This document shows, piece by piece, positions 14,070 through 27,385 of a DNA stretch of 64,000 nucleotides (the first letter of the stretch is position 1; every line of letters begins with the position of its first letter). The position numbers and the translations under genes are program-made. The stretch comes from Octopus vulgaris (Eukaryota): assembly GCA_951406725.2 (NCBI GenBank), contig OX597828.1, positions 8,680,001 through 8,744,000 of the forward strand, written 5' to 3'. The notes under the pieces are model-generated. The model was not told where the DNA came from, did not search any database, and saw nothing but the letters and a program-made list of their open reading frames with translations.

Positions 14070-14590
14070 AAGACGCCATCAAGTGGAACTGAAAGCAGTT
14101 GTGCGAGAAGGAACCGTAAATAATGTTACACCGGACGCTAAACTTGATATTTTAAAAAGGCTTCCTGCGCGAGTAAAAGACAGCCACATAGCAAAGACAT
14201 GAAAGCTTGCGAAATCTACAGAGAGAACAATACGTGACAATAGAGAGAAAATTAACTCATGAGCTTTGAAAAATATTGCGTTTTATGTCCGAACCTTATT
14301 TCTGCACAGATCTAATAGGATGCTTAAAACAGAGCAGCTGAAGCTGTTTGGTTCAAGGATCGGAGACGACTTCATGTGTCAATAAGTGTAAAGAAAATTA
14401 AAATGCTGAAAGTTTGTATGACGATTTTCAAAGAAATGGAAACTGAAACATCTACATTACAAACTTTCCTGGTTTGAAATGTTTAAAAAGCGCTTGCATT
14501 TGCTCAACAGAAACAGAACCGGTGAAGCTACCAATTCTGATTGAGAGGTGGGTAGTAATTCACCTGAGCAGATACAAAAAGTAAGAAATT
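14070..14590 (+). pseudogene. Decayed Tigger/pogo transposase N-terminus (HTH-psq plus CENP-B HTH)
   Basis: VTPDAKLDILKRL...LAKSTERTIRDNREKI; WFEMFKKRLHLLNRNRTGEATNSD resembles GWFxxFKKR..L.N....GEAASAD. Confidence 0.7.
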
Positions 14591-14789
14591 TTTAATTTAT
14601 GTCTTTCAGAGCCAAGAAACTGGAAGGGTAAAAATTTGTTCATTGACCTTACATTGACCACCCATAAACTTGTCCTTAAATAAATTAAGTACTTCTAGTT
14701 GGAAATTACAAAAAGTATATAATTTCGACTCAATGGAATTGGTCCAAAATTTGTATCACCGAACAATATGTACATCTTTATTTGTGATA

Positions 14790-16490
14790 ATCATGGAAAC
14801 ATTTCTTCTTTTTACCAAGACAGAGAAGGCCTTCGCAATAGAAAATTTCCACTCTGTCCTGCTTTTTCTAGCTTTTGAACTGCACAAAGCACACCTCCTT
14901 CTAGTTCCGCTTATTGGTTAATGAGCCAACTTTCTCTCTCTCTAATCCCTAATGAAACATGAGGCTTTCGGCTTTTAATTTCTATGGAAGACCTTTTAGT
15001 ATTTCTCATTAACACAATAGATTCTGCTGCTAACCCATCAATAACTTCCAATCGGAATTTTTCCAGTGCCATATTGCAGTCCTGTACTTTCTTATGAAGT
15101 ATGAAAGCGTTTACAATTGCTCCATCAAGAAAGTAAAAATATATATATATATTCTGTGCCACCATTTGTGACTTTTACGATCTAATTCATAGGTTTTCTT
15201 TAGCTGATAAAACTTATCTACACAATTCATATTTAGGTTATAATCTTTTATCATAATTGGACAGTTTATTTGGAGCTTGCTTCTATCCTTTCCTCGCCTA
15301 GAAACTTGGCATATTTCCGTAGGTTCGTGAAAACTTGAAGTAGCATATATCACTCTCTCATCTTTCCATTTCACAGCCGAGATTCCATCGTCAGAAAGAA
15401 ATCAGTTATGTTCACCTCTTTCCACGTCTTTATCATTCTAATAAGATTAAAGAAACCTCACCCTTTTCTTATTTACAGTGCCACATGCAGATAATTGTTC
15501 TATTTTCAATTCCTTAACTAGGTCATAGCTAGTAAAATAGTTGTCGAAAAATCTTTGTCTTCTCCCTTTTAGTCGACTTGTTAGTTTTTTAACTACATTA
15601 CCTTCTATGTCTCTTGTAACTTTACCAGTATTTTTACCTGTATATATTTAACCATCAATGAAATATTCCGATTTATCTGCCAGTACCCGAATTTTGTAAC
15701 CCCTACTTATTGGTTTGATGGGGCATTATTGCTTTAGATTATTTCTACCCTTTAATTTTACCGTTGATCGCCCATTACAACTATATCACTAGCACAATAG
15801 CATTTTTTCAAAAATAATTTCCGATCATTTCAAGGTATGGTCTTGGCTGTACAATTTATCTATGTTAGGGGAGAAACCTTTCTGACATAAGAGAATTGAC
15901 ATTCAAATGAAAATGTGATAATATTCCATCAAATTTTTTGATAGCATTAGTATGCTTGTAAAATTACCATTTAGCTTTGGATCTGTGCACCAATAATCGC
16001 TATAACTGGGCACACGCTTAACTCCCATCATCAAATTAATTGCCAAAAGCTTTTATTTCTTTGGCAGTGATAGGAAACAAATTTTGCCTGACTGAACAGC
16101 GTACAAATTAGTATGAAAAACAATAACCTCTATTATGTTATCAGTGAACAAGTTGCGGAATATTGCAAAAGGTGTGGGATCGCGCATTTCCTGGATATCC
16201 TTTGCTACACAACTTGGTGTGTTAACACAATTGTTGGGTGTGCAATATTTACCTTAGCCCATTTTTTATTTTTATTACCTGCAAAAGGGGGTAACGGATC
16301 GTCGTCTGATTCAAATTCTGATAAATCATCAAACTCTACAGTTTCTGATACTTCCCTCTGAATATTATTTTGTTCTTCCAAAGCTTCATCTGAGCATCAT
16401 CACAAGCTGATTCATGATCTGAAGGAATATCTTCATCCACAATTTCCACAATTTCCTTTAGAGATAATAGATTTCGGTGGTGAGACATTC
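14790..16490 (-). pseudogene. Decayed piggyBac transposase
   Basis: WKDERVI...CPIMIKDYNLNMNCVDKF...DRKSHKWWHRI, AIVNAFILH, acidic N-terminus, C-terminal Cys-rich remnant; many stops and frameshifts. Confidence 0.85.
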
Positions 16491-16856
16491 TGTAAGGGTA
16501 AAATCATCAAATATTACTAGTTGTCACTTCACAATTTCATAAGGAATTTATAAATCTTTTCAACGAAATTTCAATGAGTGGTCTGTTTACATGATCCATT
16601 TGTCTGTCCTTGGCAAACGCGTGGCGTTTTCATTTTCTTCTACCATAAGATATATTATTCATTATTTCTAATAGTTTGACTATTTAGTGACTTTCGACAT
16701 GTATATATATATATATATATATATACACACAAACACACATACACACACACACATATATAAGAGGTACCCAACCCCCCGATCAGATCAGTAGAACAGTCTT
16801 TTAATGAGGTTAAAATGTCATTTGCTGAGCACCCCGCAAACACTCGTACCCTTATA

Positions 16857-16997
16857 TTAGGTTGTCCCAAAAGTTCGTAAACACTTGCGAAAATTGAATT
16901 TTTACTCGCCAAGTACTAACAAAAACAACAAAAATTATTCCTCAAAATAAAGACCATAATTTTCCAAGACCTTCTACGAAATTTTGGGACAATCTTA
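16857..16997 (-). mobile_element. Mariner-derived MITE, 141 bp
   Basis: TIRs ttaggttgtcccaaaagttcgta / tacgaaattttgggacaatctta, TA on both sides, retains terminal codons KVLENYGLYFEE*. Confidence 0.8.
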
Positions 16998-17096
16998 TAG
17001 TATTTCTCAGGTAGATCCATCGTGACATATAAGCATGCGTGCGTATATGTGAGTATGTATGTTTGTTTCTGCACACACACAAAATCCCGCATACAT

Positions 17097-17325
17097 ATTT
17101 CACGTAGCTCTAGTTCACTCAGCTGGCAAAAATGAGTGGTACCTGTATTCCATAGGGTCAGACTTGTCACATTCTACGTCACGCTGAATCTCCCTGAGAA
17201 ACATGTGAAGGGTACACGTGTCTGTGGAGTGCTCAGTCACTTGCACGTTAATCTCACGAGTAGCTGCTTCCCTTTATCGGATCAACTGGAACTCTCTTCC
17301 CCGTAGGCAACGGAATGCCAGTTAC
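17097..17325 (+). mobile_element. 3' part of another SINE-like interspersed repeat
   Basis: GC-richer block gttcactcagctggcaaaaatgagt...gtggagtgctcag...ggatcaactggaac; family recognised from memory only. Confidence 0.45.
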
Positions 17326-17422
17326 ACTTGTAGGCGCACTCATAAGAACACAGATGTAAATATTCTTATATGTACATATTTTCATACGCGCACATACTCA
17401 AACATATATAAATATATTATTG

Positions 17423-17640
17423 TTTTACTTGTTTCAGTCATTTGACTGTGGCCATGCTGGAGCACCGCCTTTAGTCGAGCAAATCGACCCCGGGACATAT
17501 TCTTTGTAAGCCTAGTACTTATTCTATCGGCCTCTTTTGGCGAATCGCTAATTTACAGGGACTTAAACACATCAGCATCGGTTGTGAAGCGATGTTAGGG
17601 GGGCAAACACAAACACACAAACATACACACACGCACACAC

Positions 17641-17717
<77 letters not shown>

Positions 17718-17888
17718 CATATATACGGCAGGCTTCTTTCAGTTTCAGTCTACAAAATCCACTCACAAGGCTTTGGTTGACCCGAGGCTATAGTAGAAGA
17801 CACTTGCCCAAGGTGCCACACAGTGGGACGGAACCTGGAACCATGTGGTTGGTAAGCAAGCTACTTACCACACAGTCACTCCTACGCC
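17423..17888 (-). mobile_element. Full-length tRNA-derived SINE with internal (TA)/(TG) microsatellite (octopus OR/OK-like)
   Basis: Minus ggcgtaggagtgactgtgtggtaag, B-box-like ggttccgtccc, tail ggcggtgctccagcatggccacagtcaaatgactgaaacaag; matches 39191-39594. Confidence 0.85.
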
Positions 17889-18600
17889 TATATATATATA
17901 TTGCACAAAATAGTCGGTCAAAATACCATTTCATAAATCCGATTGTATATTACGTCACCAATTCACATATTACATATGATTACCGTGTATCACTCATGAT
18001 CGTGATTATTGAGTGTTATTCTAACTTCTGCAATTAGTGTTGCACTGTATCTGTCAATGACAAGTTTCTTCTCGTAAACTTATATATTTTACTATTGCTT
18101 ACTTTTATAATGCGTCAACAAGCCTCCTCTGTTTTTTTTTTTCTTCATTCACTTTCTTTCTATGCTCATATATCCAATTTTGTACTTGGCTTCAACCAAC
18201 AGCTGAACTAATCCTTAGCAATACGTAATCAAATGTACTGCGGCGAAATCATACAGTCTGTGGGCCCTGGTTATTTTATATTGGCAATGATCAGCGCAAG
18301 CTAGAAAACCTTGGATCGAGTAAGGTTAACATTTCTAGTTGCAGAGCTGTGGACGAAAATATTATAAAGTAAACGGCCTAACTGCCTGTCCTATTCTTAT
18401 ACATTGAGCGTCACAATTGAGTAAAATATTCTCCATTGACGCAACTGAGACAGAATATTTTCCTGCTTAGTGTTACTGTATTTCCACCATGTGATAATGA
18501 ATAATTATGTTTCTACCCATATCCGTCACCAGATTCATCAGGAGCTATTTATAAACACACATCAGAATACACCAATAACTGAAACATTGACATATATATT

Positions 18601-18920
18601 AGGCACATGCGTTGCCATGTGGTAAGAAGGCGGTGAGCTGGCAGAAACGTTAGCGACTTTGCATTTTATCCTTTCAGGGTAGATAAATTAGTACCAGTTA
18701 CGCACTGGGGTCAATCTAATCGGCTTAATCCCTTTGTCCTTATTTGTCTCCTCTATGTTTAACCCCTTGTGGGCAATAAAGAAATAAGCTGGCTTCCCAA
18801 CCACATGGTTCCTGGTTCAATCTCATTGCAGGGCACTTAGGGCATATCCTCTACCTAGCCGCAAGTCGATAAAGACCTTGTGAGTTCATTTGGCAAACGG
18901 ACACAAAAAAAATCTCGTCA
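18601..18920 (+). mobile_element. OR-like SINE interrupted by an internally deleted Nin-like SINE (about 18628-18788)
   Basis: Outer gtggtaagaag resumes as taagctggcttcccaaccacatgg after the inner copy. Confidence 0.7.
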
Positions 18921-18924
18921 TATA

Positions 18925-20045
18925 TCACGTCATCTCATAAGTAATGTTTGGACTTGTATATTTTCAAATTGTAAACGTTTTAACAGTATTTTAGAATGTC
19001 TTATAGCATTATATAATATTGATATGTTTTGGGACGTATTTAAACAAATTAAATTTCATTTTGCACGTTAATCTCATTGAAATTTCACTAATTATACCTT
19101 TTCAAACATGAAAGTGCCTAAGGAGTATTTGAGGCACATAATGCTTTATGAGCTTAAGAAAAAGGAACTCTGCAGCTGAAGTGATTCCAAGTATACACTC
19201 AGCTTCTGAAGAAGAATGCGTGAATGAAAGACTGTGCAGAAGATGGTTTGTAAAATTTAGAATTGGAGATTTCAGCCTTTTAGATGAGACCCGAAACTCA
19301 ATTGAGTTTGCTGAGAAGCCCCTTTTGCCAGAAATTGAAATAGATCATGCAGTTTCAGTTGAAAAATTGACAAGCAAGCTTCGTTCAAGCCATACACCTG
19401 TTCACTGCCATCTTCAACAGCTTGGAAAGGTCCCAAATTTCGGTAATTGGGTGCCTCATGATTTGTCTCAAGCCGACCGCAAATCCCGAGTGGACATCTG
19501 CTCGTTTCTTCGTTCTCGTGAATTTACCTCGTCCTTTTTGGACAGTCTGGTTACCGGTGATGAAAACTGGGTCTTTTAATCAAGATGCTAAGCGTCGTAA
19601 GCATTGGCTTTGTGAAGGGGAAACGGCCCAACCACAACTGAAAGAGGGATCCCTATGAAAAGAATATTCTTCTCTTTGGTGGGATTGCAAAGGAGTCATA
19701 CAATTTGAGTTGCTACCAACTAATGGAGCAATCAATTCTCAGATATACTGTCAGGAATTGGAACGTTCGAACGAAGATTTGAACAAAGAAGACTTGTTAT
19801 ATTGAATTTAAACGGAGAGGTGATTCATCCGTACAATGCAAGACCCCCACACTGCAAACATCAAGTTACAGAAGATCGAGGTCCTTGGCTAGGAGAAAAT
19901 TGCTCATCTACCTTATTCTCCAGGTCTTCCTCCTTCAGATTACCATTTGTTCCGTAGTTTACAGAACCATTTGGATGGATTAACTTCTCGAAACAACCGT
20001 GGTAGAGAAACTGACATTTCAGAGTTCTTCTCTCCGAAACCGAAA
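18925..20045 (+). mobile_element. Decayed, 3'-truncated mariner; transposase starts at 19108
   Basis: MKVPKEYLRHIMLYE, WVPHDL, LVTGDENWV, NARPH, HLPYSPGLPPSDYHLFRSLQNHL; frameshifts and stops. Confidence 0.9.
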
Positions 20046-20904
20046 TAGATGTTTATGTGTATGTGTGTGTGAGAGGGAGTGTGTGTGTGTGTGTGTGTAT
20101 GTGTGTATGTGTGTTTGTGTCTGAAGTTGTCATGCACCACTGCTCGTCAATAAGTGTTCATGTATTTAAGTCCCTATAAGGTAGTGCTTCGGCAAAAAGA
20201 ACCCACAAAATGAGTACTCTGCTTACAATTAAACAAAACATAAGTCCTAGGATCGATTTGCTCGATAACATCCCTCAAATATGTTCCCCCCAGTACGACC
20301 GCAGTCAAATGAGTGAAACAAATAAAGTATAAACGCTAAAATATATATTCTTCTTCCATGTTTATGGCCTCCTTCTTCGTGAATGCTGCTTTATAGCTGT
20401 ACTTCTAACAATCAACAAAATCATAATTTGCGAAAACCAAAGCGTTATGGCCTTAAATATTTGCGTTTACTCCAGAAAATATACGTGACGTGCTATATCG
20501 GAGAAACAAGAGGATATTCATTGAATACGTGTTCTTCCTCTACGCTATTATGCATGAACTTTGATTAACATAGGTACTAGTGATCATTTCGTTGTAACAC
20601 GCAACACATAGGACCTAATTCTCTCAAAACTCTCATATTTAAAATCTAGATGACGTGTTTACGCATAAGTCAAGCTACGTTTCAATAGTCACTTATTTTA
20701 CTTCCATTACATACGTGATTGCTGGCCGCTGTTCCTCCACAAGTTACTTTTATCCAAACCCATGAATTCTTCTTTCCTGTTCCTCATTGTCGTAGAAAAA
20801 CCCACATGCTACCTACCTTCCGCTTGTAAGTCTCCCTGTGTCTCTGTTCTAATATATAAGCTTTAATCGACATACTGCTAGGCATATAACCAAGGTCCAA
20901 ATAA

Positions 20905-20935
<31 letters not shown>

Positions 20936-20937
20936 CA

Positions 20938-20973
<36 letters not shown>

Positions 20974-20985
20974 TATATATGTGTG

Positions 20986-21030
<45 letters not shown>

Positions 21031-21156
21031 ATAGCTATATATATATATAAAGAGAGATAAGTAGATAAATAGATAGATAGAGAGATAAATATACATACAG
21101 AAAAATACACACAAGTATATGTGTGTGAGTGTGTAAATATATATATACAAAAATAA

Positions 21157-21537
21157 TGGTTTCAAATTTTGGCAGAAGTCTAGCAAATTCGAGGGAGAGG
21201 AGAAGTCAATTACTTCGACCCAAGCACTCAACTAATAGTTATTTTTACGACGTATTAAATATGAAAGTGAAAGTAGAACACGGAAGCATTGGAAATCACA
21301 ACGGACGCATATATACGAAATTGTTGGTTTCAAATTTTGGCAGGGGTTCATTAACTTCGAGGGAACGGTCAAGTCAATGACATCGACCCAGAGTACAACA
21401 GGTATTTATCTTAACGACCCATGAAGGATAACAGGCAAAGTCAACCACGCAGCATTGGAACGCCGAACGCAATATCGGAAGAAATGTTGCCAAGTATTTC
21501 TCCCAACGTGGTAACAATACTGCCTGCTCGCTGCCTC
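21157..21537 (-). mobile_element. Two tandem degenerate Nin-like SINE copies
   Basis: tggtttcaaattttggcag...tcgaccc occurs twice (about 21157 and 21326). Confidence 0.65.
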
Positions 21538-21977
21538 AAATAAATGCGAAAATATTGCGACGTAGTTCATCCGATGATCGTCATCCTATGTGTGTTCCAG
21601 AGATAAATATAACGGAAAATGTCATAGAAAGGTAACATTTTCAGAACTCTCCAAGCTTGCTTTCCTACACATTTTTTTTCAACATCTTTCTCTGAATCTC
21701 TACGTCTTTGCGCCGGGATTTGTCTGTCTATCTGTCTGTCTGCCTCTCTCTCTATTACTTTTTTGTTTCTTTTTTTTTCTGTCTCTCTGCATATCTATCT
21801 ATTTTATATATGCGTACGTTTGTGCACGTATATACGTGTGTGTATATATATATGCATGTATGTATATATGTATAATTTAATAAGATAAAGTCAACAAGAA
21901 GGGGTACGGTTAGACAGATATTATATAATCGCTACACCATACAACATAGATCTCCATTTTATTTATTAAAAAAAATT

Positions 21978-22030
21978 TTTTTATCTAGTTTCAGCTCACG
22001 AGCTGTGGCCATGCTGGGGTACCGCCATTC
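21978..22030 (-). mobile_element. Very short LINE-type 3' tail insertion
   Basis: Minus atggcggtaccccagcatggccacagctcgtgagctgaaactagataaaa; also at 52317 and 57978. Confidence 0.65.
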
Positions 22031-22243
22031 GGTGTGTACATGAATTTAATTATGCAACAGTTTACCAGTATAATGGGATACATTTGTATTTTTTCAGGTG
22101 ATATACAATTGCTGTCCCCGAAGATTGGAAGTATACCGTAATACTCCTGGCTGTTTGGTAAATTTGTACTCTGACTTCTATTTCGTACTCAGCTATGTTA
22201 CTAACGGAATACATCTTCAATATATATATATATATGTATATAC

Positions 22244-22294
<51 letters not shown>

Positions 22295-22768
22295 TACATG
22301 ATATTGTATTTTTGCATAAGCATATTTATATGATTGTACATAAACGTGTTTGTGTGTGCATGTGTGTGAGTATGAAGTAGGTGCGTATGTCTGTAGCACA
22401 GATTAGTACAAATCACATCGGTAGTTCTGTAAAGGTAATTCTTAGAACTATAGTAATACATTTGGCGTTTTCCAACCATCTATTCATACAGAGAGCATTT
22501 ATATCTCCCTCTTTACTTACTAACACCAAATCATCCCCTAAACTATGCAATTCTTGTAAAGTATCATGAATTCACGGTTGAATCAGCTTAATGTTCCGTA
22601 CACAAACCAGTACACAATCTTCTTTCAGTGCCCAATAAAAGTAAATGCTTAATAATTTATGGAAAAATTGTCTAAAAAATTTTCTTTTCTTTTATTAGAG
22701 TATAGCTTCAGAAATATGTATTATACATACATATATACATATCTATCTATCTGTCTATATATCGCTCC

Positions 22769-22844
<76 letters not shown>

Positions 22845-22946
22845 AACGGTGTGTTGAACAATATTTCGACTAATTATTGAACTTCTATATTTCTCGGTCC
22901 TGTATCTCATATGCTGCGAATAGATTCCATAAATATATATATACAT

Positions 22947-22991
<45 letters not shown>

Positions 22992-23435
22992 TGTATATGT
23001 GTGTGTGTGTACGTAAGAATACGTATACATATAGGTTTATACATGCATACACAAATAAAAATATATATGTATATGCAAGTACCATAATCACATACATATA
23101 TATATACAGACATATATAAATATAATTATGTATAATACGCATCTTTATATGCGTATTACTTGTATATAAACATGCATCTTTTTTAGACATAAAGCTCAGG
23201 TTCAATAGTAATCCGTTTATGAATATATGCATATCATTACAGCTGTTTGTTTTCTTGTGAGAATGGACATGTGTTTCTCTTTGTATCTGTTGCAAGTGTG
23301 TTTAACCATATGCCATCTATAGCGTATTAGTTTCTGTAATAAATCTTTGAAGTGTAGCACTGGCTTCTATAACTTAATACGGTTATTACCCTTTGTATCG
23401 CCAATTAAATACAAAATATACATACACACATACAC

Positions 23436-23514
<79 letters not shown>

Positions 23515-23728
23515 CATATATGTACACGCATGCATACATATATTTGAGTGTTTTGTGAATACATTTATTCCATTGTTTTTGCTAATGTTTGCTGCGGTTT
23601 ATATAGTTTAAGATGAATATGGTGCAGACTGATTAGAAAGAAGCATGCATGTTTATCATAATTGCATCCCTTTATCGTTGCGCGCTATTGCAGCGGGATT
23701 TTCTGAAGAATTCGTCCTTAAGGGAATA

Positions 23729-24260
<532 letters not shown>

Positions 24261-24888
24261 GATGAGGAGGATAAATAAATAAAAACAAAATGTAAAGATA
24301 CTTTGAAAGAAAAATTGCCTTGTAGATCCTTGAATAATAAGTGATGAAAGGCCTAACAACAACATCAAAAGCATTAGCAGTAACAAAAAGAACAATCACA
24401 GTAATAGCAAAACCACCAACACCGCCTACCTCAACACCACTAAGAATAATATTAACAAGATCTCGTTTCCTTGGAAAGTAATAGCTCAAACAAAAGTGTA
24501 CACTAATTACGCATAACAGTTATAACAATAACTGGCAGACAATCACACATTGTCCCTTTTAAGTGAGATTCCTTTGTATTTGTTTTTCTTGCAAATTCCC
24601 TATTTTTTGTTAATATATATATATATAATAAAAAAAGAGCGGCACTTTCTTGTTGCTACATGTTAAAGTGGAATGGTATCTGTGTGTAGAGGTGATGGTG
24701 TTGATGTGAACAATTCTATTCAGAATTTTAGGGAGATACAGCGTTGTTTCTTAAAAAAGCTAGCCATATTGATAAATTGTGAAGCAATGTGTTATACGTT
24801 CCATATATATTATCTCTTTTCTGCTACAATGACAAAGACTTAATGACACGCAAGCACGCATGCAAACATACATATAAACTCAGAGCAG

Positions 24889-24937
<49 letters not shown>

Positions 24938-24978
24938 GCATATATATATATATACGTATATATATATATATTTGTGCT

Positions 24979-25029
<51 letters not shown>

Positions 25030-25639
25030 ATAGATATACATATATGTATGTGTGGGCGTGGATGTGTGTATGTATACACATACATATGTAGATATCTATG
25101 TAGATATGTCATCGTTAAATCGTTTGTATGAATGAATATGCATGTATGCATATGCTCATCTACACGTACATACACTCATACACTCTTACACACACTTACG
25201 TATTGACACATAGACACATCCACACACACGCACATAGTCATGTATTCTTATGTATATGCATGCAGGAAGAGGGTTATGCATGGTATGTTCTTTTGTGTAA
25301 ATATTGTAAAATATTAAGCCGTATGAATAATTAAATTCTGTAAATTGTTGTAAAAATAATTGTAATAACTATTTAACATCAAAAAGTTGTACGCATTAAG
25401 CAACATACTTCATAAACCTTTAAAATTTTTTTGTAGAAATCGATATGGAGTATAAAATTAGAATGATAAATTTGCTATGGTGCAGCACCTCTGACCTGCC
25501 AATTGAGAAAATAAAAACGAATAAAAATTAAAATATATTAATCATTGGAAATAACTATAACAAATATTTCAAGTTCTATGATAACTGTGCAAGACATAAC
25601 TTTAATAATGGAATTCTCACTGACCATATATTACATATA

Positions 25640-25970
25640 TAAACATATTCGGGGAATGGATTGCCAATGGAATATACTGTGTAGGCTAAATCTATTATTT
25701 GTTGGTTATAAAGAATTTAGAATAATAGCAAATTTCCTTCTTAGTGTTGATGTTTCAACCAAAATCCTCCTCGACGAAACGGATGTATAATCATCTCCGG
25801 TGACGTTATTAAGAGCAATTAAAGTGTTATCAGGGCCGTATTTACTTACGGATTTTTTGAAATATGATAGTGTGTGACTTCAGGATGTTTGCGCTAAAAT
25901 TTGTAATTAGACGATGACTGCTATGTTTCCATTTCAAATAGGTAATATAGTCCAGATGTCCTAATATTTC
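25640..25970 (-). pseudogene. Possible decayed XPG/Asteroid-like H3TH nuclease fragment
   Basis: One frame reads YGPDNTLIALNNVTGDDYTSV...STLRRKF...NSL*PTNNRFSLHS, resembling L..FH..TGCD.TS.F and LPPT..A..LH. Confidence 0.35.
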
Positions 25971-26294
25971 ATAGAGAGTAAAAATTTTAGGTGAGCTGCT
26001 ACAAGGAAAACAAGTATACTGAAAATGGCTACTTGATTTAATAAATCAACCATAAAAGATATTAAAGTTAGATTTTATACACGACCATAAAAATATATAT
26101 ACTGGCAAATTTTGGGTTGCATATTCTTCAGAAAACATGCAGGAAACATCTACTTGGTTTTTCAAAGTATCTACTCAAGACAAGTGTTTTAAAGAATATA
26201 ACTAAAGTTTTCACTTTTTCACAGACAACAACCTTTCGGTAAGTCACGAGAAATAATAAATATAAGTAATATATATATACATATACACACACAC

Positions 26295-26345
<51 letters not shown>

Positions 26346-26355
26346 TATATACATA

Positions 26356-27113
26356 TCTCTCTCTATATAAACGGCAGTTTGTCTGTGCGTGTTTCTGTGT
26401 GTCTGTTTTCTCGTACCCTCACTCTGACCACGGCTTTCAACCGATTCTGATGAAACTTGACACACACATAGCCCAATGTCATAATTCAAAACTAACGCAG
26501 CGAAAATTTTGAAAAGTTCCCCCAGTTCTGAAAAAAAATCGATAAATTCGACATGGGGTCGAGAATGAGAAACCCAAACCACAGACCGTCTAGGGGACGC
26601 AACTCCACCTGTTTTAACTCTCAAAAAAATTTACCATCATTTTTTTTCCATTTTTTTGCTATTTTTTGGCTATAACTCTCTAAAAATGCTTTATAGTTAT
26701 TTCCCTTACAAACCTGAGCAACGCCGGGCGATACTGCTATCTCTCTCTATATAAACGGTAGTTTGTCTGTGCGTGTTTCTGTGTGTCTGTTTTCTCGTAC
26801 CCTCACTCTGACCACGGCTTTCAACCGATTCTGATGAAACTTGACACACACATAGCCCAATGTCATAATTCAAAACTAACGCAGCGACAATTTTGAAAAG
26901 TTCCCCCAGTTCTGAAAAAAATCGATAAATTCGACATGGGGTCGAGAATGAGAAACCCAAACCACAGACCGTCTAGGGGACGCAACTCCACCTGTTTTAA
27001 CTCTCAAAAAAAATTTACCATCATTTTTTTTCTATTTTTTGGCTATAACTCTCTAAAAATGCTTTATAGTTATTTCCCTTACAAACCTGAGCAACGCCGG
27101 GCGATACTGCTAG
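26356..27113 (+). mobile_element. Head-to-tail dimer of a non-autonomous Helitron (26356-26739 and 26740-27113)
   Basis: Two near-identical units of 384 and 374 bp; A|TC start, 3' hairpin cctgagcaacgccggg, final CTAG|T. Confidence 0.85.
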
Positions 27114-27166
27114 TATAGATATATATCTCACATTCACACATGTAATTTTAATACTATGTATATATG

Positions 27167-27385
27167 AAGGCGGCGAGCTGGACGAAGCGTTAGTACAACT
27201 GGCGTAAATCTTAGCGACATTTCGTCCATCCCTACGACTGTCTCCAAGTTCAAATACCGTCGAGGTCGACTTTATCTTCCATAATGTTGGGCTCGATGAA
27301 ATGAATACCAGTTGAACACTGGGGTCGATATAATCGACTTCCACCCACAACTGAAATTTAAGGCCTTGTTGCAAAATTTGAGCTC
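27167..27385 (+). mobile_element. Nin/Deu-like tRNA SINE
   Basis: aaggcggcgagctgg...gttcaaatacc..gaggtcgacttt...cactggggtcgatataatcgact. Confidence 0.8.

Noticed and set aside
14640-16590. Possible piggyBac TIRs (gaccacccat / atgagtggtc)
   Set aside because: Only about 10 bp and no convincing TTAA duplication
26356-27113. CRISPR-like or satellite array
   Set aside because: Only two long units with Helitron termini; no repeat-spacer structure anywhere in the window
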